Position numbers and translations under genes: made by a program | NCBI RefSeq assembly: GCF_963676685.1 | Contig: NC_092350.1 | Coordinates: 682,001-746,000 of the forward strand | Length of the DNA: 64,000 nucleotides | Source: Mytilus edulis | Taxonomy: Eukaryota | Direction of reading: 5' to 3' | The notes under the pieces: generated by a model | Database searches by the model: none | Told to the model about the DNA's origin: nothing | Seen by the model: only the letters and a program-made list of their open reading frames with translations | Shown here: piece by piece, positions 1-13,610 of the stretch | Numbering within the stretch: position 1 is the stretch's first letter | Layout: each line of letters begins with the position of its first letter

Positions 1-1645
1 ACCCTGAACAGTTGGGGCAAGTATGGACACAACATTTAAGCTTGATACAGCTCTGAATTTGGATTGTGATTAAATAGTTGACACAACATTGGTTTCTGAC
101 ACAGAATGAATGTGGTCTAAGAACTTAAACTTAAAAACTTAAAAAAATTAAATTTGACATTTTCCTATCATGGTACAATATCCAAAATCTAAATACATGG
201 TTAGATTCAGCAGATCATAGAACCCCAATAATTCAATTTTTGATGAAATCAAATAATGTTCAATTTCAGACCCTTCAGACCTCAATGTGGACCAACTTGA
301 TAACCGGGCCCAAATATTAAAAATATAAAAACATTTTTAGATTCAGCATATTGAAGAACCCCATATATTCCATTTTTGTTGACATCAAACAAAGTTTAAT
401 TTTTGACCCTTTGGACCTTAATGTAGACCAATTTAAAAACGGGACAACACTGTGCAATTGAAGATTTCTTGCTATTGCACAAAACTCTCACAATACTGTG
501 CAATTGTTGATTGATTGATTGATTGGTGGTTGCTTAACGTCCAGTGGCAAATATTTCATGCATATTCAGGACGAGAACAAGTTCACAATAAACACAATAG
601 GTAGGTTGATATGATAGAGGCCATCTGGGATGATGGTCGGGGAAATTTGGACTGCCACTGTAAAATGAGGGTATCTTGGATAGGGACAGAAATTTTGCCT
701 TACAACAGGCCACCTACGGACCCCTCAAAAGAGTACTTGCAAGGGTTCTTAACATGTAAAGAGCGTGGCACTCTCTTTACATGAGGCATCGGATTTAACG
801 TCCCCCTTCTGACCGGACGTGACTGCGAACTTGATACATCCTGCACAGCCAAACGGACGACCCACTTTGGCAAGCGTTTTACTGCCGGTCGGAAGAAGAC
901 CAAGTGACTATATTTCTATACCCCAGTTACCAATTGAAGATTTCTTGCTATTGTGAAATACTGTGCAATTGAAAATTTCTTGCTATTGCACAATACTTAA
1001 TATAATAATTTTAGACCTCACTTTGGACCAACTTGAAAACTTGGCCTATAATCAAAAATCTAAGTACATGTTTAGATTCAGCAATCAAAGAACCCCAAGA
1101 ATTATTATTTTTTTAAAATCAAGCTGAGTTTAATTTTGGACCCTTTGGACCTTAATGTAGACCAATTTGAAACAGGACCAAAAATAAAGAATCTGAATAC
1201 ATGGTTTTGGCATATCAAAGAACCCCAATAATACAGTTTTTGATGAAATCAAACAAAGTTTAATTTTGGACCCTTTTGGCCCCTAATTTGTTGGGACCAA
1301 AACTCCCAAAATCAATCCCAACCTTCCTTTTGTGGTCATAAACCTTGTGTTAAAATTTCATAGATATCTATTAACTTTTATTAAAAGTATTGTGCAAAAA
1401 CCAAGAAAAATGCTTATTTTGGACCTTGTTTTGGGCCCCTAATTCCTAAACTGTTGGGACCAAAACACCCAAAATCAATCCCAACCTTTTTTTTTGTCAT
1501 AAACCTTGTGTTAAAATTTCATAGATTTCTATTAACTTTTACTAAAGTTAGAGTGCAAAAACCAAATGTCTTCGGTCGACGACGACGCCAACGTGATACC
1601 AAAAAACCGACCAAAAAATTTTCTATTTTTGCAGTCGTATAAAAA
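1..1645. mobile_element. Interspersed repeat with internal tandem sub-repeats (Helentron/HINE-like); related copy at about 25505-26280
   Basis: Shares GAACAGTTG.GGCAA.T.TGGACACAA, AAAATCAATCCCAAC and the terminal GC.GTCGTAT hairpin plus A run with 25.5-26.3 kb. The class is inferred. Confidence 0.55.
507..930 (-). mobile_element. SINE/LINE 3' fragment with (CAAT)n tail
   Basis: (TTGA)n at 507-524, flanked by a CAATTG direct repeat (501-506, 931-936) inside the host repeat. Confidence 0.65.
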
Positions 1646-3682
1646 TAAAATCATCAATATCAAACTTGACCACCATTTTGTTATCAGGAATATAACTGCA
1701 TGTAATGTTCCTTAAACCTGTTAAATCAGGGGTTACCGAGATTAATATGTAAGTGACTATTTAAAAAAAATTTTTAATCAATAATAAAATCATATATACA
1801 TATAAAGAATAACTTGGTATGTAAAATGAATTAAATTCATGTAACAAACCAGATAATGATTTAATAACTGAAAGACAAAATGAGATATTATTCTGATTAA
1901 AATAAAACTGGACAATTGATTGGTTATCAATGCTAAAGACATGCATAATATGAAAATAAAATAGATCAAACGATTTTTATTCAACAATTTAACAAAAATC
2001 ATGCTTCTGCAAAATAAAACAGAATCATAATAATAAGAGGAATACAAAATCATGATTATAAAGATAAAGCATAATCATGATCATGATGTTACCATAATTG
2101 TAAGAGGAAGACTAAATCATGATTATACAAGACAAAACATAATCATACCTATAAGAGGACATACTTAATCATGATTAAGATATAATATTAAAGCAGACTT
2201 ACGCTTTAAATCACTGTCAATAATTTACATTATTACTTTCTTACATTGTGACAATCTGTTTCCTGCATGTTCATGATGTGATTGATAAAGTAATATACAT
2301 ATTGAACATGGTCAAGTTTTCGACCTTCTAGCAAGGGCAGTTTAAAAAGAGATCAGAGCATAGAATACCTATAGGATTTCCATTACAATTTAATAACACA
2401 AGTCAGATTTGATTTGATTTCTGGTGTTTTAACGCCACTTTTAAGCACCACATTTAGGCTATTTCTTTGCCGTCAGTTTTTATTGGTGGAGGAAGCCGAA
2501 GTAATTGGATAAAACCACTGACGTTCGATAATAACACAAGAAAATGCACTCTTAAAAAGACTTAAGCATTGCTATTCAATAAAACAAGAAAAACATCAGA
2601 AAAAGATTAAAAAACACAAAAATTTCAATAATCATATAATGCACCAACAATGATGTAAATCATAGGTATTACAAACTAAACATAGATACACATAATACAA
2701 TCAATAAAAACTTGATAAAACCAAGAGGACATAATCTGTATCAAACACTAGGATAGATCATACATGTTTTAACAGTTTATAATGAGATATGTCTCCTTTC
2801 ATGTACTATAGACAAAAATAAATTAACAATAATGCCATTTGTATGGGAATAAAACTTATCCTATAAAAAGGTTCTTATTCATGGAATCGCATACACCTTA
2901 CAATCATTTCATACACAAAATAAAGTTTTGATTATAAATAATAACTAATAAACTTACAAAACCTTGCAAAACTTTGGCCAATAAAGGTCAAGGTCAGATT
3001 ATAGTATATGAGAAATAAACCAAACATCAAAAACTTAACATAGTTCAATGAACCATGAAAAAAGGTCAAGCTCAGATAAAAGCTACCAGACAGAAGTGTA
3101 CATATTATACTCATACAATACACCAAATAAAGCTCATCTATTGCTTATCTGAGAAACAGATAAATCCACCAAAATTAAACATTGACCAATGAACCATGAA
3201 AATGAGGTCAAGGACACTTAATGTACCACAGACTGAAACAAATAAACATTTCCATTCTCAATTTTATCTATATATAAGGTATGGAGAGTCCAGTTTTTAT
3301 AAACCTTTTAAAACATAAGATTTATACAAATAGTTTATGAAGTGTCCACTCAAGATTGTAATCACTGCCTCATATTCTGTGACTTTAGATGAAAGCAAGA
3401 AAATAAAACTATATGAAGCTATCTCTTAGAGAGGTAGAGTTTGAGACACCTCTTCATTAATGACATTTATAAACACAAACAAAGGAATGCATGAAAGTTT
3501 ATAACTGTCATAAAGCTGCATAATGACACACATTCTTAATTTCTAGTAGATCAAAGACTTAACGTCATAGTTCTATAAAACTCATTACTGACATGAACAG
3601 GGTATGTTTGGTTTTCACTGAAGCCTGTAAAGCATGGCACTTTATCACAAATAAGTCACAGTACTTCTACCACTACTGTCTA

Positions 3683-6600
3683 TCAAGATAAGAGTGGTCT
3701 TCTCTCATCCACACGTTCACTGATATCTTCCGTAGGTTCTACATCTAAATGTCGGACTAGAACTGTGGCTACTATTCCTAGCTTTACTTTCTGGAAGTCT
3801 CTGACAAATGTGAAGAAAAAGAGGAGAAATGTAACGGCTGTCACCCATTCTGATATAGTACTGATTATGTGGGCTGTAAATCCCTGAAATATAGGTCAAG
3901 ATTATATGGCATGGTTAACGTACGTCCAAGCAAAAATGAACAAAACCGATAGAAAACGGTTAATTTAAAATTGGGACTTCATTTGATAACAGATAGGCCA
4001 AAGCTTAAAATCAAATTCATCCTCCATAATAACTATTACATTTTGAATTCCTTATAAATGAAAAGTTACAAGCATTCTGAGAGTATTGCATGGCAATACA
4101 TAGTCCCCTACCCGTTAAAAAAATATTTTAATTGAAGGAAATTCTAACTTGATCTATAACTTGTGGTGGAGTATGTAACTACATAAAAATATCAAGTCAA
4201 TATCTTCAGGCATGAGGAAAAAAGTGTTGAAAACTGATTTTTATGTCCAAAGACCATAACTCTGCACAAAATCATCAGACTGGAACAAAATTTCAACGTG
4301 ATCTGTAAATTGTCATGATAAAACTGCATACTATTCATCAAATCAATATCTTCAAGAATGACAAAAAGTTAAACAAGTGTGAATAAACTGATTATTTTAG
4401 TGAATTTACACATGGCTTGGGCAATGATATTTGTTAATTATATCCCTCGCTGACAATGAGGATAAAATTACAATATCATGGCTCAGGCCATGTGTAAATT
4501 TCAAACAAACTATGGCTTCAATGAATTATTCCTAAAATGAAATATAGATTATTATCTATATAAAAAAGTTCACTTCATCCAAAAGAGATTTAAAAATATA
4601 ACATTAAAAAAATTAGTTTATACAGAATAACAAACAAACCTACCACTAAATTCTTCAAACAATTTACCAAAGAAAAGGGAACAAACCCAAAATGTCATTT
4701 ATCATTAATTCAATGTCTTTAAAATATTGGTTAAAAAGGAGCTATTTCCCTTTGAAAAAAAATCTAGTAATTAATCAGTACATGCATATTGTCACAAAAA
4801 TTTAATTCTAGGGAAAGGGCTTGAACTAAACAAGAAGAAAAGCTAATTTCGTGAAAATTGAACTTGACCTGTAAATTGTAATGATAAATATAGATTCTTA
4901 CATTGATACAGATTTTTACATAGTTACTCATGGATTATTGGATTTATCCAATCGAGATAGTTAAATTATCAATTTTAAAGTCCGAGGACTATAAAATTTA
5001 TAATTTAACTATGGAGATTGGATAAATCCGATAATCCATGAGTAACTATGTAAAAATCTGTTTCTCTAATGATTAAAAAATTATTTTTCGTTTTTGTTAA
5101 ACGAAAATCCCCTTCGAGTGCCTTTCGCATTCCATGAAGTTGTCAATTTCATTAGCACCTGTTAGCATATTTTGATTCATCCAGTTAGCTAAAGAGGTTA
5201 TGACCCTTAAAATAATCCAATGATCTTTTGAGATCACTGGAAACCACACATTGATTAAATTTTTTTATACAATGGGTTTCGGGAAGGGATAAATTTCCAT
5301 CAATAGGGGACTAAAAAACATACAAGTCTAACAAAGAACAGAGGCTCCTGACTTGCATATAGCTATGTATTACTTTGTAAGATAAATGTTGTCAGATGTT
5401 ATAGTATAGTCACCTCTGAGTGCTATGCATAATAAGCTCTGATTCAAACATATTTCTACATCAATAGGAATACTGGGAAACAAATGCTCTCAGACCATCT
5501 AGTCCTTATAAAAGAAAGCAACTCCATTACTTTTCAGTTTGTACAACCTTTTTGTTTTAGTTTTACAAAGGCAAAATTTCAGTTCAGTATAAAACACTTC
5601 AAATCATATCCAAAATGATGATATATGGGTTGTTGTCTCATCAATGTACAGTCAGGGGCATTACTTAAACAAGTAACTTTTAAAATTACCTATATAAGAA
5701 ATGTTGAAAACAAGGCTATTTTAAAAATTACTTATATAAGTAACTTTTCTAAATATTATTTTTATAGGTGATTAATTATACAAATTTTACTAGTTTTAAC
5801 AAATTTTTACAGACCTCTGGTTATTTTCCCCATGAAATATAAAATGTAATCCTTCTGAAACACTAATTGCTTTTCTGACTTTGATATTGATGCTTCTTGG
5901 TCAAAGAATGGTCTCTTGGGACTATTAAAATATTGTTTTCCTTCAAACTCTTGAAGGAAGACAGATATAAATAGATAGAAACTTATGAATTAATTAAGAC
6001 TTGTTATTTATAATTTATAACCCAAAACAATTACATATGTTCCTAAAATAAGTTTTATTACTAATTCTTTCAAAGATGTACAATATAACTTATTCAAGTA
6101 ACTTTTTTGTCATTATTTTTAAAGTAACCCTTTATGTCTATTCTCCTCTAAAATCTTACAAATTCTTAAATTTATGATATAAAATGATGTAAAAATTCAT
6201 GAAAACTACTTTAGTCCCTGCTTTTATTGAAATTTAAAATAACTCTATTGAGTAATTTTATATTTTTTTAAAACAAAAATTACCTATACAAGTTACTAAA
6301 AAAAGTTACTTGTTTAAGTAACGCCCCTGACTGATGTATACCCCACATCTCCTTTTATTAATATCAATCTTACCCCATCTTCTGGCTTCCATTTTGTTTT
6401 ATCTATATGTCCATGAACTTGTATTCTGGATATTGAGGCTGAGACAAATGCTGATTACTGGTTAAGAAATTTATATAGAACGGTAGGCTTAGTTTTTCAA
6501 TGTCAACAGTTCAGTTTTACAGCAATATCTAGTGACCCAATTTTGTTCAAAACAGCAAGTAAACATTTTAAAAAGTTATAGTTGTGGTATTAAAAATATC

Positions 6601-9600
6601 TGTATTGCTTCAAGATTGTTGAACACTGTGAAATACTTTGTATTAAGAATTGAATGCTTTTTTTTTTAAATGAAAGTTAATTTCAGAATGACACGAGATT
6701 GCTGCTAGCCAATCAAAATAACATATTATAAATAAACATACATGAAACAAACATACATTTTTTTGTATATAAACTAGGCCGTTAGTTTTCTAGTTTGAAT
6801 TGTTTTACTTTGTCATTTCAGGGCCTTTTAAAGCTGATTATGCAGTATGGGCTTTGCTCATTGTTGAAGACTGTCTGGTGACCTATAGTTGTTAATTTCT
6901 GTGTCATTTGGTCTCTTGCGGAGATTCGTCTCATTGACAATCATACCACATCTTCTTTTTCATATGTAATGTAATTATTGAAAAATAAATGCAAATTTTA
7001 ACTGAGAAAAAAACCCCTAAAAGAACCACTTTCGAAAAGACATATTTTTCTTTATACATCAAACATGCAGCATTTAAAACTAAACAAAAAGATACCGATG
7101 ATTGTACAAAACAAAACTACAATTTTTAAGAATATGAACATCAATTATCATAACACACAAATGAAGGATACTTATGATCATAGCTGTTAATGCTATACAT
7201 GAGATAGCTAATCTTATTCTACAGATCCTCAGTCCATTGTAGTCAGGGTTCATACGGTATGATAAACATGTCTGAACAAAAGCATAAATTACGCCAACTC
7301 CAAGGACCAGGGCAGCACCCGTCACATGTACTGGCTCAACATTTGTCTCCTGTAAAATAAAGGTTAAAATGTAGGAATACAAGAAACCAAGGACCAGGGC
7401 TGCACCCGTCACATGTACTGGCTCAACATTTGTCTCCTGTAAAATAAAGGTTAAAATGGAGGACATACAAGAACTTAAGGACCAAGGCTGGATCTGTCAC
7501 ATGTACTGGCTCAACATTTTGTCACTGGGCTTCTAAAATGTTGTAAATTACAAATTTTTCAAAATATCTCACAAACAGGCTTTGAAAATTTTGGCAAAAT
7601 GCATGCTTCCAAAATGTCATATGTAAACTTGAACATTTTTGTAAATAGCAGTGAAATAAAAACTTTGACATTTTTGGATTATCCAAGAACTTAAATTATT
7701 TTCACAGAAATAAAGAAATGTACAATTATTTTTTTCCCAAAGCCAATTTTTTCATACAACATTTTGGAAGCAAACTTTACAGAAAACTGACATTTGCAAT
7801 TTTGTAATATGTCTTATTTCACACATTTTGATTGGTCTAACTGTATGCTACTTTGTAATACCAAAGATTTCCTCCCGCCCAGACCATTGGTGTCAAAAAG
7901 TATTTTTAGCCAAAAAAATCATATATGACATGTATGACATTTTAGAAGCCCAGTGACGATTTGTCTCCTGTAAAATAAAGGTTAAAATGTAGGACATACA
8001 AGAAAACAAGGATCCTGACTTATAATCTGTCACATGTGCTGGCTAAAAACTTGTCTACTGTAACATAAAGTTTAATTTGTATGATTTAAAGAAAACACTG
8101 GGCTTGAACTGTCAAATGGGCTAGATCAACATTTGTCACATGTGAAAAAAAAGGTTGAAATTTGGGATATTCATATATATACACCGACAAAAACCCAACA
8201 TCATATTTTTGTTTCTACTACAATTAAGGGAGTTTTTTAAGTTTTTAAATAAATCTTGGGTAAATCATTTCTAAAAAATGAAGACATAAAACATATTTAT
8301 GGCCAATATCTAACAGGAAAATACAGCACAAGGAAAATGAAAAGAATTAAGAAGCAGTTCATAAAACATAATAAACAGAAAACTTACGATCTGTAAGTTT
8401 TTGTTATTGAATTAAAAGAAAGGAATTACTTTATTTTCTTTACTTTAATTAGTCAGGAATGCAATAATTGTTAGTTCTTCTACCAGGTTAGTTTTAAACA
8501 AATCCTTGATCTAAGAAAGACAACTCTGATTCTAATCAAAGATTAAAAGGGATCATACAATCTATGCAAAATCATTCTTGGTGAAGATTTTTTTCTAGAT
8601 ATGATGTTGATAAGACACATTTCTCCATCAGGTAATAGATGACAAGGCTGTAAACTAGAGCAAATTCATCAACACCAACACTTTTCACAGAATATTACAG
8701 GTGAGCAGTTAAGACATCAAAATAAAATTATTTGTAATAAGAAATGTGCCCTTTTAATAAAGAAGCTCAATTTTATTTTTTTAACAACAGCAAATTCTTT
8801 AATAATTGGTTAGTTGTAAACAAATTTTAGATGGGCTGAACTGACTGAAATTTGTATTTTTCCATGCCATATTTGACAATGAATTTAATGATAACTAAAC
8901 TAAAGTTAATACAGAAACCTGGAAGTTAGCCACCATACTCAGTCCTTGTCAAGAGAAATACTAAGAACCATAACTCTTATAAGATTATCAAACTATAGAT
9001 AATATACAAACCTGAAAGTTAGCAACCATACTTAGTCCCAGTGCAGAGAAAATACCAAGAACCAGACCAGCTTTGTTTAAACAGGCAAGTTTTGTATCTT
9101 CCCCAACAGATATCTGTGATACCAGCTTATATCTAACATACATAGTGGCAATAGCTGAAACATATACAAATTTTATCTACTAGGTGATTACAATGTGTAT
9201 GACAGTGTAAAAATAAATAGATTTATAAACGTCTTTATCAATATAGATAACGCGACTGGTTAATAATCACAAAAACAAGAAGTCACATTCTGAAATCTGA
9301 TACAATCTTATGAATGCCGATGTTTTTGAAATTGCAATAATTAATAATGTTTTTTGTCCATTCCTCAAAAATGGCAACAATATATGAATAAATTAAATTC
9401 TGAATTTACAATATTACCTAATGCAGCTGATATATTCAGGAACTGTCCAAAAATACAGCTCTCTGGTGGCTTGGTACCTGTGTCACTGAAATTAAAATAT
9501 AACATGTTACATGGTCCAGTGCATCGAGGTAGTGCCTCTTACAAAAATACAGCTCTCTGGTGTCTTGGTACCAGTGTCACTGAAATTAAAATATAACATG

Positions 9601-10262
9601 TTACACTGTCCAATGCATCGAGGTAATTCATGAAGAAATTAACTGGTTCAGTGCTTTAGATTTGTAGTGATTGATACTTAAGTCTGGCAGAACAGGATTT
9701 ATTAGTTTAAACTGGGTTGAACTAGCTTTCAATAACTGCTAATTTGTTTCATGTTTTTATGTTTTTTGTTTGTTTTGCTTCATGCATATATCTAGAGTTA
9801 AGACTTTTGAAACTGATTTCTTCAGTGTTTTCTTGTGTTTGACCACTGCCCCAAGTGGAGGGTTGAGGACTCATAAACATGTTTAACCCTGTCACATCCT
9901 TAATGTACTGGTCCAAAGTCAGGATCATGTATGTACACAATTCAGTGGTTGTTGTTAGTTCATGTCTGTGATGTCTTTTTTACCTTAGTTAAGTTGTTAT
10001 AAATTATACTGTTAGTTTTCTTCTTTGATTTTTTCCTCATGTTACAAATCAGGGTGTTTTATAGCTCAATATACACTATTGTAAAAGGCCCTTGTGAGAA
10101 CCCTGAGATATGGAAGATCTTAAACACAAATACTAACCTTATGTAAGGAAAATAAGGAGAGACATCATGTCTTACAATGGCAATGATATAAGACACAATA
10201 AATGTGGCAAAGGAAGTCAATACCAACAAGATCGGTAAATAACTCAGACCTCTAAAACACAT
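3683..10262 (-). CDS. DRAM2: DNA damage-regulated autophagy modulator (DRAM1/DRAM2-like, Frag1/DRAM/Sfk1 family), about 263 aa, 6 coding exons
   Basis: Exons 10262-10138 ([10 protein letters not shown]...YFPYIS), 9485-9418 ([18 protein letters not shown]), 9154-9012 (IATMYVRYK...GLSMVANFQ), 7349-7172 ([12 protein letters not shown]...), 6450-6374 (...KWKPEDG) and 3883-3683 ([13 protein letters not shown]...RDFQK...DERRPLLS*). All introns are GT-AG with compatible phases, 792 nt in total. Motifs PYISDTG, VANFQ and W-x-PED and the C-terminal acidic dileucine match vertebrate DRAM2 from memory. Confidence 0.93.
4908..5061. repeat. Long imperfect palindrome (about 75-bp arms)
   Basis: ACAGATTTTTACATAGTTACTCATGGATTAT...GTCCGAGGAC...ATAATCCATGAGTAACTATGTAAAAATCTGT. 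Confidence 0.85.
5649..6333. mobile_element. MITE with about 33-bp TIR and 5-bp TSD in a DRAM intron
   Basis: TIR CAGTCAGGGGCRTTACTTAAACAAGTAACTTTT, TSD ATGTA (5644-5648, 6334-6338). Confidence 0.85.
6451..7171 (-). other. U12-type (minor spliceosome) GT-AG intron of DRAM
   Basis: The 5' splice site is GTATCCTT (7171-7164). A branch site TTTCTTAAC (6469-6461) lies about 10 nt before the AG and there is no polypyrimidine tract. Confidence 0.9.
7300..8160 (-). repeat. About 87-bp tandem repeat made of the DRAM coding exon 4 acceptor and exon start
   Basis: The unit ATTTTAACCTTTATTTTACAG|GAGACAAATGTTGAGCCAGTACATGTGAC... recurs about 5 times, decaying away from the exon. Confidence 0.85.
7520..7958. 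mobile_element. MITE with 20-bp TIR and 4-bp ATTT TSD (possibly Sola-like)
   Basis: Perfect TIR GTCACTGGGCTTCTAAAATG with ATTT at 7516-7519 and 7959-7962. It splits one unit of the DRAM exon-acceptor repeat. Confidence 0.85.
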
Positions 10263-10749
10263 CGTCAGATCTAGGAGGCAGTTTATTCTGAAAAATAAAA
10301 ACAAAACAATATGATTCTCTCAAGAACTTGAAGTATTACTCTCAATATGATTAACTTAAAATCCTGAGTCCATGTTCTGCATAAAAGAATCTGACAAACC
10401 TTCCTTCTAATTTTGGTTTTGCTAATAGTTATGTTTACATTTAAGGAAAATAGTATGAAAGATCTTCAAGCAGTGTCAGATTCTTGTTAACTTAGTAAAG
10501 AATGGTGACAGGATTTGTATTGATACTGATTTTATAAAAAGATATAAGAAGATGTGGTATGAGTGCTAATGAGACACCTCTTCATCCATGTAACAATTCG
10601 TAAAAGTAAACTATTATAGGTCAAAGTGCACATAACCTTGGCTCACACCAAACATTTGTAAACAAATAAAATGTTTTTCTATTTTCTCTCAGTTTTTATG
10701 TTACACATGCAGTGATATCTTTCTGCATCTTTCATGTCTTTAAAACCTA

Positions 10750-10864
10750 CTGTAGACCAGATTAGTAAGGAATACATTTATAGTAGTCCAAATATTTGTG
10801 ATGCTGTCTGTAGACCAGATTAGCAAGGAATACATTTATAGTAGTCCAAATATTTGTGATGCTT
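10750..10864. repeat. 58-bp tandem duplication
   Basis: CTGTAGACCAGATTAG.AAGGAATACATTTATAGTAGTCCAAATATTTGTGATGCT occurs twice. Confidence 0.9.
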
Positions 10865-12304
10865 TAGACATGTTAGAAGCTGCATCTTATTATTTAACAA
10901 TTTAGCATTCATTTTTGATTACTATTTTTTTTCATTGACTTAAGTGATCTACATGTTTACATGCAAAAGCTCAAAATGGAATAAAAACTAGCATCAGTAA
11001 ATATCATGATTATCTGGATTACATAATCATGTAGATGTCTTACCCTGTAAGTCTGTCTTAACTCCACTTAGTTATAACTGTGTTACAGATTAACTGTCTA
11101 TAAAGTTTGAGGTATTGACAAGAACAAATGTTAATATGGGGGCAGGACTTGGCTCACAGTTATAAAAGTATCAATTTTATTGGAAAGTTTAATAAGGTTA
11201 AAAATATCTTATCTGAGGATAAAAATATCAATGACAATTTCTCATTCATAAACCATGGGAACACAAATATTATAGATTCATAGTCATGTGAATGAAATTA
11301 TTTAGGTCAGACAATCATGTGATAAAATAGGTTTCAACTCAATTAACTTTGTTGACAGTTAAATCAAAATATGAACCTCTCAATTTAAATCCTTGTCAAG
11401 TATTTTCAATCCCTGGTTTTTCCTACAGCTACATTGTTGTTCCTTTATCATGATTATCATGTTTATGATTCCAGACTGATCTAAGGTGAGACAACTCTAC
11501 ATAGTATACAATATGTACTGCAACCCCGATCTCGGCCCTCATCACACAAATTGTAAAAAAAAAACCCAGCCTTACAGTAGGTCTTAGGATTAACCATGTG
11601 AACTGATATTTGTAATTTAAAAAGTTTTCTTAAATGGGAAAATTTACGACCGTGGAAAAAGTAACTTTGAAGCTGGTATAAATCAATATATTATGAAACG
11701 GTCTAAAGTGAACATCTGTGAATAGTCATGCTACTTTCTATAATCACACAAGGATGCTTTTATCTAATTTTTGTCAATGGAATAAGAAAAAAAATGAGTG
11801 TTATCGAAGTTGTATTCTAACTACAAACCAAACATATACTACTTCTGGACATTTTATTTACAGTTTAATGACGCTGAGACATAATATATAACATAAGGGA
11901 ACACTGACCTTTTAACTTCAAAGAGAGTTATGTGGATTTTTTTATACACGAGAATCATAAAGCGACAACAATTTATATTCCAACAGTTTTTTTTCGACGC
12001 TATCAATCAAATTATTATTTTTCAAATTAAACACTATGAGGTTTGTGAAAAATCTGGATTTAGAATAGTTATTTTTGTCTTCTGTTTGAACATTATATTT
12101 TTTTTCTCAACAAATTTGGGATCAGAAAATCAGAAAAAGCATACCAACCACCTTAACCATTTGAGTTGTCTCCACTTATTATGAAAGCAAAAATGTAATT
12201 TCATGAAAAAAATAATAGTTGTAAACTTTTGTAACATAAGATAAATGATAACTTTAAAGTTGTCATTATAATTCAGACTGGCTTAAATCAATACAAAATA
12301 CAAA

Positions 12305-12810
12305 ATCTTCTTCTTCTTTACATATACAGAAAAACATCAACTGGTTGATGATTACTTTCCGGCGCATGCCTGGTTTAACAATATTGTTAATGATTAAAAA
12401 TATATATTTTTGATTTCGTAATAATTTTTCAATTTTTATATAATACAAATGAATATATGTAAGTAATATTTTTCAATTTTTATTTTTAATTTTTGGTATA
12501 AGATAAAAACAAGATACATATTAAACATGTAGGTGTTTGTAAGTGTCAAGGAGCATCTCTCTAGTGGGTTTCTCCTTGAAGCACTCAGTAGTGGTGCTGC
12601 AGGCTATTGGTTCAGGTAATTTGTTCCAGTCTTTTACAGTTTGGCAGAAAAATGAAAATTTGTAACTGTCTTTGCTGCATCGGATTTGTCGGTATGTTTG
12701 TTCGTGGCTAGACCTGGTGTTTGATTGGCTTTTAATTAATATGTCAGTATGTGGTATGGCAATTTTGTTGTTTGTTATTCTATGGAACATATTTAATCTG
12801 CTTTTGATTT
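12305..12810 (-). mobile_element. 5'-truncated LINE (CR1/L2-group) ORF2 C-terminus plus 3' UTR
   Basis: TRSSH...YKFSFFCQTVKDWNKLP...FKEK is the typical ORF2 end, followed by a (GAA)n tail at about 12305-12318. Confidence 0.8.
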
Positions 12811-13493
12811 TGAAAATGACTGAAATCTTAATCCTTTTTATTTAATCAAACCACAAAACCAGTATTTGCATAAAAAAAACCTCACAAAAAGGACTTTTAT
12901 TACTGTTCTTCATTCCAAAAAAGACAAAACGAGGCCTTCACCACGGAGCAACTTTGTGAAACAAAAATATAACCCTCTTAACTCACTGTAAGTTTTAGAC
13001 TCCTATAGCACCGGCTTGAGCGGAATTCTTTAATTGTAAAAATAATTTTGATGAACTAAGTAAGATGTTACACCACTATATCGGACCCTGTTAAAAAGAA
13101 CGTGCCGAAAAGTAGGTATCACGTGAAAGATGAAATATTAGTGATCCTTGTAAAATACATTTGACTCATAACTGTAAATTAAACAAAACATGTATAAATG
13201 AATAATTGAGGGCATCTATTGCCTGTTTCTCATATATAAAGTACCTGGTTATCCAGTACGGTCTTATATGTATTTAAACGGTATATTGATCCCTCCCCTC
13301 ATATGTTTGAAATTGGAAAAGAAATAACGTGGATAGGAATTAGAACGTTTATGTAACATGGGACATCAGACATGAGCTGATATATTCATGTATGACCAAC
13401 TGAGAAATGTACACACCATATGTAAACCAGTAATGCAAGATAAGACAATACCATCATATACCGATTCGGCGATAGGACTGAATCAAAGCTTAC

Positions 13494-13610
13494 CTTTTAG
13501 TCTCAGCATCATTGAATATACACAATTGAATACGATATTAGTTTAAAAAGTAGGATGACGACAGGAATGAACAGAGGAAACAAACATAGATAACACTTCC
13601 GATCATCAAA
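13494..13610 (-). other. Probable non-coding first exon of DRAM
   Basis: Strong donor AAG|GTAAGC at 13493. The ATG-containing exon has its own acceptor (TTTTCAG, exon starts 10287), so an upstream exon is needed. A CGGAAGT ETS-like motif is near 13595. The 5' boundary is a guess. Confidence 0.4.

Noticed and set aside
7080-7466. 128-aa protein with an internal repeat
   Set aside because: It is DRAM coding exon 4 plus a duplicated acceptor region and intron read-through.
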